Assembly: GCA_016766635.1 (NCBI GenBank)
Contig: CP068473.1
Location: 242,673 to 306,672, forward strand
Direction: 5' to 3'
From: Candidatus Xiphinematobacter sp.
Lineage (GTDB): Bacteria; Verrucomicrobiota; Verrucomicrobiia; Chthoniobacterales; Xiphinematobacteraceae
DNA length: 64,000 nt
Shown: positions 59,490-64,000 of the stretch, piece after piece
Layout of the letters: every line of letters starts with the position of its first letter
Numbering within the stretch: the stretch's first letter is position 1
Made by a program: the position numbers and the translations under genes
Notes under the pieces: generated by a model
Database searches by the model: none
What the model was told of the DNA's origin: nothing
Seen by the model: only the letters and a program-made list of their open reading frames with translations

Positions 59490-60402
59490 AATCCTTTTTG
59501 AGATCCGGAACTCTTCGCTTTTACTTCAAGGCTTTCTTGCCAAAAAAACCAGCGTTGTTTGAAACTCCTCCTATTGTGCCCACACCAGCATGCATCACGG
59601 ATTTGAACAATCCTCCTGAAGCCGGTCCCTTTCTGTCTTTTAAAAACCTGAGAAACGGACACATTTCCAAGTGGCACTCTAACACCTTGGCAAGGGCCTT
59701 ATTGGTATCAGCAATTTAGAAAAAGGGAATATCGTATTTACCGTGCACCGTTTTTTGTGCAAAAAAACCCCACCCAGACAATCTTGGGATTTTGCGCCTT
59801 AAAATCTTCAAATTCTCACCTTAAGGCAGTTAAGGTCTGTGCAGTGTAATCTAGAGGCATTCTCTTCCTAGATAAGTAAGAACGCTACAGGTACAGGCCT
59901 TTCTTGGTAAATCCCGCCCAGTCTATCCGTTTTTTCTGTTCTGATTAATGGCTGTGCCTGCTGGGGCAATGGCACCAGTAAGTGGAAAAATCTGCTCTGG
60001 AGCAACAGGAATAATGGAACGGGAAGACACCAAGGAGACCTCAATTAAGAAAAGTACAGATGCTCGTCCTATGTATGCCAGAGGGAATAAATCTTTAATG
60101 CCACCTTGACTTGTACGTACCTTTTTCCCAGAAGTGTCTTTCTATAAAAATAAGTAATTCTCCAACAAAAGGTACAAGCATCCTGGCAAATGTCCCTAAC
60201 TGTCCCGGGGGGACAGCCTGTCGCTCTAAGCATGTCGGGGCGCACCATTTCCGGCTGCCACGCGACACTACAGCAGTACCACATACCGCGAGACTCAAAA
60301 ATCCCACTTTCCTCTTCAAAAGGCGTGGATTCTAGTTTCAGGAACGGCTTACCACCACTTATTCTTAGACCTGGTTCGACTTGTTCCTCCTCTCCCTCTT
60401 CT

Positions 60403-63400
60403 ATGCACGAATTTCCAGCCTCTCCCATGCAAGAAGCCATCTATGCCGCTTCCACAGCAGACACCCCCCATGGAACAGCCATAACTGGCAACATACAGAT
60501 TTCTTTCAATTTTGGAGAACCTGTTGATATTCAACTGCTCCAGAAATCTTGGAAATGGGTGACACGACGGCACGGCCTGCTCCGCTCCAGTTTCAGTAAG
60601 AAAACTGGCGACATACTCTCTTTCCACGAGCATGAAGACTGTGAGACTACCTGGCGTTCCCTTGACTGGTGCAATCTTTCCGGCGAGCAAATAAGCACCC
60701 AATGGAACCGACTACAGGCTGAAGATGCAACGGAACCCTTCACCCTCCTACAACCGCCCCTATTACGCTTCTGCTCTATTAAACTCCCCAGAGGAATGCA
60801 CCACTTTCTTTGGACCTGTCACTCAATCTTGCTGGATAGGGAATCCATCTTTTTGGTGTTACGTGATTGGCTGGTTTCCTATGAGGAGCTCTCTTACGGA
60901 CGTCAACCTTCTTTACAAGAGCCTCCCTCCTATGCAGCTGCTATCGGTGCTGTTGAAAGCATAGACCCTGCAGCTGCTCGTCGGCACTGGAAGTGTCTCT
61001 TGCAACGGGTTGATCCTCTGCCATTGATAGCCACTTCCCCCCTTCAGGCGGATTGTACCCCTGTGAGCCCACCGTTAAAACACGAGGACTTCCTCTTGGA
61101 AAGGGAAACTACTAAGCGACTTATTCATTTAACTAATCTGGCAAACACTTCCTTACCTGTTCTCCTTGCGGCGGCCTGGGGTTTAGTTCTTGGACGTATC
61201 AGCATAAATGGAGAGGCAATGTTTGGTATCTATCGCTCTTGCCGCCATCTTTCGGGCCCACAGGCTGCAGAATCGGTCGGTCTATTTGAAAGCTTCCTGC
61301 CCTTTCCTATTCAAATTCCAGAGGACTTAACTTGTGAAATGTGGTTACGCTCCCTGCAGGAGGTTGAAGTTAACACTGAGCCGTTCCTTATAAGCAATAT
61401 CCAAGAAGTATGGAACCACCTTGGTCGTTCCGACCCCTTTCCTCAACTTAGCAGCACCCTAAATTTCCTACCGGAAAGTATTAATAGTCGCATTCATGCT
61501 TGCCTACCCCAGTGGATGCGTTTTGACGCTCGCATACACCAATACTCTCGGTTTCCTATACAGGTTCTGGCTTGCGGAGAGGAACGCCTCTCTATTGGTA
61601 TTGAATACCTTCCAAGTAAGATTTCTCCACGGATCGTGCACCAGCTATGTAGACGTCTCTTCAGAGCACTACACCACCTTACAGAGCCGAATACACCAAT
61701 TTCCGAGATTAAGCTGAATCTCCCCAGTGAAGAGGAGGAATCAGTTCGTCTAGGGATGGGAGTATCTCGCTCAGTGCAGCCAACCTCACTCGATTTATTT
61801 ACAGCCCTACAGAGAATCGCCCAACTGTACGGCTCCTGCACATTTGTGGAAAGGGGAAATGATTCTTTAAGTTTTTCTCTAATGGAAATCTATTCCAGTC
61901 AATTTTCCACGTTTTTAAGAAGTCGTTCTATAGGCACTGGAACAGTCCTCGCACTGATGATGCCCTCTTCCCCATGGACGTTGGTTGCCCTACTCGGGGC
62001 ACTAAGGGCTGGTTGTACTTGCTTGCCACTAGATCCAGAAGCATTGCCTGATGAACTCGGGGAGTATCTCTCCAGGCATCAAGTGTCTACTGTGATAGCC
62101 GACAGGGGCAAGGAGGTTTTTCCTGGAAAAGGAAAGATCCAACAAACTCTGCTTGTACTGGAGGAGTCTCTGTGGAGAAGAATCCTCTCCCTTCCAAGGC
62201 AAGCGTTCATTACTGCTCTTTCCCCTGCTAGTCCCATGGTTTCTGTCCTACACTCCAACAGGGATCGCAGGGTAATTTCTTATGCAGAGCTACAAACTGT
62301 CGTTCAAAATGCCATCTGCGCCTACAATGTACAGCCAAACGACCGGATTCTTTGCCACCACCTCCAGGGTAGTGCAGCTGCAATAGAAGAATGTTTCGTC
62401 GCCCTCCTTACTGGAGCTACACTGATTTTCCCAGAAAAAAATATTAAAAGCACACGCACCGCCTTTCAGGAAACTCTTGAGTCTGTGGGGATCACACATC
62501 TACGCCTTACAGCTGCTTTCTGGAGTCAATGGATACACTATCTTAGTGAGTTACACCATTCTGCCCCTCGTACTTTACATCGGATAGTAATCGAGGCAGG
62601 TCATGTCTCGCCTTCGATCATCTCCAAATGGGAAGAACAGAACACTGGACAAGTCGAATGCGTTGTATTCTACAGCCCCTCAGAATTCTTGGGGGGCGGT
62701 GTCGTGACTGAAATCCTTGGCACGCCACAGCTCTGCAAGAGAGGACTAGTCTGCGGCCGCCCACAGCCGGGTGTTGCAGTATTTCTCGTGGATAGCCATC
62801 AGCGGCAGCTACCTCCTTACTCTCCCGGAGTGCTTGCATATTGTCTATATAAAAACATTCAGAGTGGGATGTGTGAGGACGGGAAGGCCGTAGCTGCGAC
62901 CATGGGCGGTCGCACCTGGCAGCTTTCTATAACAGACGAATGGGCACAATGGAACTCGGAGGGACAACTGGTACTGATTAGTCAACCCTACAGTCAGCCC
63001 CCGGGTGTTTTGGATTGGATAACCTTGCGCAGGATAGAAGGTGCACTTACTTCTCATCCGGACATTATGGATAGCGTAGTCCGCAGCTTTACTCCGATTG
63101 GGGAGCAGTCATCCTGTTTGGGAGCATGGATTGTTTTGCGCGACAGTCACGTGACATCGTTACCAACTACGCTAGATCCCCATTTAAAAGAGCACCTTCC
63201 AAGAGAACTGATACCCACGCACTTTGCACTTGTTACCCGATTCCATTTGGATCCTTTCGATCAGATAAATTCACTATTTCTAGCATCTCCAAAATTTCAG
63301 CCTATACTCGCTTCAACCGTTCCTCCCCAAGGAGAAGTAGAGGCTGGTGGTTACCTCCATCCCAATCCTGCCACAGGATCCCTACGACAGTCACCTATCG

Positions 63401-64000
63401 TAACACTACAAACAGGAACCAGTGGAAGTATAGCACTCTACTTCATTCACGCCGGCCGTGGTCTCGCCGAAGACTACCTCCCCATAGCTCAATCCTTGTC
63501 CAACAAATATGCCATACACTGTTTTATGGTTTCTCCTAGCAAACTATCAGCTTCCTTGGCTACCGTAGAGGAGATCACCTGCAGTTCGGCACTCGTTCTT
63601 CGAAAGCATCTCTCGGGTGATTTTGTTCTTGTCGGTATTGGTGTTGGGGCAGTGTTTGCTTGGGAGCTAGCTCATCAATTAGATCAGGAGGACGAAAAAA
63701 GCTTGTCCCTTATCCTTTTTGACATCCCTCCTATTGGTCGTAAACCTGCAAGGTGGCTACGAGGTCTAAGAAAAGCGTTCCTTAGGGAGAAAACAGGTCC
63801 AAAGGACCTGGTAGAAATAATTGCCGAATATCAACCCCCAGCGCTCCAGAGAGGACCTTATTTTTTTGCTAGAGGGAAACCTGACCCCCAGTGGTGTCAG
63901 CGCTCCCCAATGGGAATATGGAGCCAACTCTATCTCGAGGGAAGATCCCCACTGGACAAGCCAGCCGAGGTGGCTAGCCTCCTCACTGGGGTTCTTTCTG
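60403..64000 (+). CDS. NRPS-like multidomain protein: condensation domain / degenerate adenylation-like domain / thioesterase-like domain; 3' end beyond window
   Basis: Frame 1 is open from 60154 to the window end, so it is absent from the ORF track. Candidate ATGs are 60190, 60232, 60403 and 60427. C-domain: 'FPASPMQEAIY' (C1), 'LLRSSF' (C2), 'WTCHSILLDRES' (C3), 'VGLFESFLPFPIQI' (C5). A-like: 'LRAGCTCLPLDPE' (A2), 'FYSPSEF' (A5-like), 'LPRELIPTHF' (A9-like). TE-like: 'IALYFIHAGRG...FVLVGIGVGAVFAWELAHQL'. Confidence 0.8.
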   Translation, partial: MHEFPASPMQEAIYAASTADTPHGTAITGNIQISFNFGEPVDIQLLQKSWKWVTRRHGLLRSSFSKKTGDILSFHEHEDCETTWRSLDWCNLSGEQISTQWNRLQAEDATEPFTLLQPPLLRFCSIKLPRGMHHFLWTCHSILLDRESIFLVLRDWLVSYEELSYGRQPSLQEPPSYAAAIGAVESIDPAAARRHWKCLLQRVDPLPLIATSPLQADCTPVSPPLKHEDFLLERETTKRLIHLTNLANTSLPVLLAAAWGLVLGRISINGEAMFGIYRSCRHLSGPQAAESVGLFESFLPFPIQIPEDLTCEMWLRSLQEVEVNTEPFLISNIQEVWNHLGRSDPFPQLSSTLNFLPESINSRIHACLPQWMRFDARIHQYSRFPIQVLACGEERLSIGIEYLPSKISPRIVHQLCRRLFRALHHLTEPNTPISEIKLNLPSEEEESVRLGMGVSRSVQPTSLDLFTALQRIAQLYGSCTFVERGNDSLSFSLMEIYSSQFSTFLRSRSIGTGTVLALMMPSSPWTLVALLGALRAGCTCLPLDPEALPDELGEYLSRHQVSTVIADRGKEVFPGKGKIQQTLLVLEESLWRRILSLPRQAFITALSPASPMVSVLHSNRDRRVISYAELQTVVQNAICAYNVQPNDRILCHHLQGSAAAIEECFVALLTGATLIFPEKNIKSTRTAFQETLESVGITHLRLTAAFWSQWIHYLSELHHSAPRTLHRIVIEAGHVSPSIISKWEEQNTGQVECVVFYSPSEFLGGGVVTEILGTPQLCKRGLVCGRPQPGVAVFLVDSHQRQLPPYSPGVLAYCLYKNIQSGMCEDGKAVAATMGGRTWQLSITDEWAQWNSEGQLVLISQPYSQPPGVLDWITLRRIEGALTSHPDIMDSVVRSFTPIGEQSSCLGAWIVLRDSHVTSLPTTLDPHLKEHLPRELIPTHFALVTRFHLDPFDQINSLFLASPKFQPILASTVPPQGEVEAGGYLHPNPATGSLRQSPIVTLQTGTSGSIALYFIHAGRGLAEDYLPIAQSLSNKYAIHCFMVSPSKLSASLATVEEITCSSALVLRKHLSGDFVLVGIGVGAVFAWELAHQLDQEDEKSLSLILFDIPPIGRKPARWLRGLRKAFLREKTGPKDLVEIIAEYQPPALQRGPYFFARGKPDPQWCQRSPMGIWSQLYLEGRSPLDKPAEVASLLTGVLS

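Noticed and set aside
59948-60109. 53-codon ORF (MAVPAGAMAPVSGKICSGATGIMERED...) just upstream of the NRPS-like gene, considered as a possible precursor peptide or MbtH-like partner.
   Set aside because: It has no MbtH signature (conserved Trp residues), no leader/core features and no obvious RBS. There is too little evidence to call it.
59418-60400. tRNA-Lys followed by about 900 nt of non-coding DNA and the NRPS-like gene, considered as a possible tRNA-targeted genomic island.
   Set aside because: The tRNA 3' end points away from the NRPS-like gene. No integrase gene and no direct repeat of the tRNA 3' end were seen.
63126-63539. 137-aa ORF from the track inside the NRPS-like region.
   Set aside because: It lies in an alternative frame of the much longer frame-1 ORF, which carries recognisable C/A/TE blocks. 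Its translation is basic, low-complexity and not protein-family-like.

Overview
This window looks like a gene-dense, mostly housekeeping chromosomal segment of a Gram-negative bacterium. GC content looks mid-40s % by eye and was not computed. The gene content (LptF/G, LolD-like ATPase, archaeal-type ProRS, GlgE/TreS-Mak/TreYZ) would fit a PVC/Verrucomicrobia-like organism, but that is unverified inference. I can support about 47 protein genes, 3 tRNAs (Ala-CGC, Arg-TCT, Lys-TTT) and one disrupted gene (thiG). Recognisable blocks:
- mrdA(partial)-rng
- glgE
- yjbQ-SNF2/SWIM helicase-ruvA-unknown-tRNA-Ala
- rpsO-pnp
- pstSCAB-phoU
- gdhA
- an LMW-PTP::glyA fusion
- holA
- livK/livH
- rodA, smpB, rpoZ
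- an epimerase plus proS
- lptF/G
- coaB plus treS-mak
- guaA-coaD
- rpmF-plsX-fabH-tatD
- an Sfp-type PPTase
- treY/treZ

I saw no rRNA, CRISPR array, transposase, integrase or prophage genes.

The most unusual object is an open reading frame of more than 3.6 kb at the 3' edge (about 60403 to beyond 64000, absent from the ORF track because it has no stop in the window). It reads as an NRPS-like condensation / adenylation-like / thioesterase-like protein. Most catalytic core motifs are substituted and I cannot find a carrier (PCP) domain.

Other items worth a second look:
- an in-frame LMW-phosphatase::SHMT fusion
- thiG broken by two compensating frameshifts
- a telomere-like G-tract repeat upstream of yjbQ
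- an uncharacterised 443-aa gene in the position ruvB usually occupies
- a truncated liv transporter operon
- several gene-free gaps of about 1 kb

All functional calls come from reading the translations for family motifs. No database search was run.
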